Assembly: GCF_006345805.1 (NCBI RefSeq)
Contig: NW_021826219.1
Location: 1 to 36,082, forward strand
Origin: Octopus sinensis
Taxonomy: Eukaryota
DNA length: 36,082 bases
Direction of reading: 5' to 3'
Numbering within the stretch: position 1 is the stretch's first letter; each line of letters opens with the position of its first letter. The notes under the pieces are model-generated. The model was not told the origin of the DNA and made no database searches. It saw only the letters and a program-made list of their open reading frames with translations. Positions 34,650-36,082 of this stretch are shown one piece after another. The translations under genes and the position numbers were made by a program.

Positions 34650-35159
34650 CTGTTAAATTTCTTGTATAATCCGCCTTTTTTCCCCAAAATTTAAAGGTCA
34701 AAATCCCTAGTGCGTACTATATACGACGTTAAAATGAAAATTATTTTCTAAGCAATGTCCGAGTCTATTTGCTGTCCGGCAATGTTTATTCAGACGCATT
34801 TTGTGATGTAGGGCGTGAAAATACCTTAAGCTAAGCCTGAAAGCAATGAAGTCATAAAATATTCATCTATAACTTGTAGTAAGCAACATTTATTAAACGT
34901 TATTACTGTTATTTCTTTATTTTCTGCAAACAAAATGCACAAATAAGCTACACGTTTGCATTACGTTATGTATACAATAATAATAAAGGACGTAACCGTA
35001 TACAGTTTTACAAACCAAGGACGTTATATAGACCTCCTTGAGTCAAGTTAGAGAAGGGGTGCGTATCGTACACAAGGTTTAGGTTTTTCAGAGGTACAAC
35101 CCCCTAAAAAATCCCCTGCGTATTATACTCAAGGGCGGACTATACTCGAGGATTTACGG
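34650..35159. mobile_element. Tc1/mariner-superfamily (Tc2/pogo-like) MITE, TA TSD
   Basis: TA|CTGTTAAATTTCTTGTATAATCCGC vs reverse complement of right end CCGTAAATCCTCGAGTATAGTCCGC, followed by TA; subterminal GTGCGTA/TGCGTATTATAC repeats. Confidence 0.8.
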
Positions 35160-35486
35160 TACCTAAATACATACAACTGCTTCAAAATCTCTACTTTCTA
35201 TATCCAGATAATGAATTCCCATTTATACCAATAATGATTTAGGCTCTTGGTTTTATGAGAAAATGCCTAAGTGACAATCTAGTCGAAAAGAAATCACTCA
35301 AGTAATTCGCACGTTACAAATACAATCTGTACGCAGAGCAATAAGAATATGCAAGAGTTTTATAAAGTTGAAAATACGACTTTGTATTTGTTATCGACGA
35401 AAAAACTTTGCATCTTTGTGAAAAACCAACCCCTTCTTTACAAGAAGATTTCAAATAATTTAAAATAGAAAATACATGCATATATT

Positions 35487-35888
35487 CTTTTCTACTCTAA
35501 GCAGAAGGCCCGAAATTTTTGGGGAGGGGGGGAGCAGTCGATTAGATCGAAACCAGCACGCAACTGGTACTTAATTTATCGACCCCGAAAGAATGAAAGG
35601 CAAAATCGACCTCGGCGGAATTTTAATTCAGATCGTAACGGCAGACGAAATACCTATTCCTTTACTACCTACAAGGGGCTAAACACAGAGAGAACAAACA
35701 AGGACAGACAAACGGATGAAGTCGATTACATCGACCCCAGTGCGTAACAACTACTTATTTAATCGACCCCGAAAGGATGAGAGGCAAAGTCGACCTCGGC
35801 GGAATTTGAACTCAGAACGTAACGGCAGACGAAATACCTCTCAGCATTTCGCCCGGCGCGCTAACGTTTCTGCCAGCTCGCTGCCTTG
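35487..35888 (-). mobile_element. SINE-A dimer (T1 unit + T2 unit)
   Basis: Junction GAAATAC|CTATTCC at 35653/35654. Confidence 0.9.
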
Positions 35889-36082
35889 TGTATGTGTGTG
35901 TGTGTGTGTGGTGTGTGTGTGTGTGTGTGTTGGTGTGTGTTGTGTTTGTACGTATGCATCTATGTATGCATGTATATGCATACCTTAATCTTAGTATCTA
36001 CATATATATATGAGTATATATCAATATACGGGCATACTTATATACATATATACACGTACATATTCATACACACACATATATA

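Overview
AT-rich eukaryotic (metazoan) intronic/intergenic DNA made almost entirely of transposable elements and microsatellites. The SINE/Penelope/Helitron landscape looks like an octopus (cephalopod) genome, but that is inference from remembered repeat families. No complete host gene is present; two candidate minus-strand exons are noted. Contents: ~25 copies or fragments of four SINE families (labelled A-D here); a young RTE LINE with a twin-priming-type 5' inversion; degenerate L1/Tx1, R4/NeSL-type, CR1-group, RTE and Penelope retroelements; several hammerhead-ribozyme-like motifs in Penelope-type ends; four non-autonomous Helitrons; Tc1/mariner relics; and two MITE families. The most interesting signal is a possible self-targeting LINE/SINE system. 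SINE-A shares its 3' tail with the adjacent L1/Tx1 LINE, and SINE-A tails are joined five times at the same nucleotide inside the SINE-A tRNA-derived head (in one case followed 26 nt later by the LINE tail), building head-to-tail arrays. All calls were made by eye, and the boundaries of degenerate elements are approximate.
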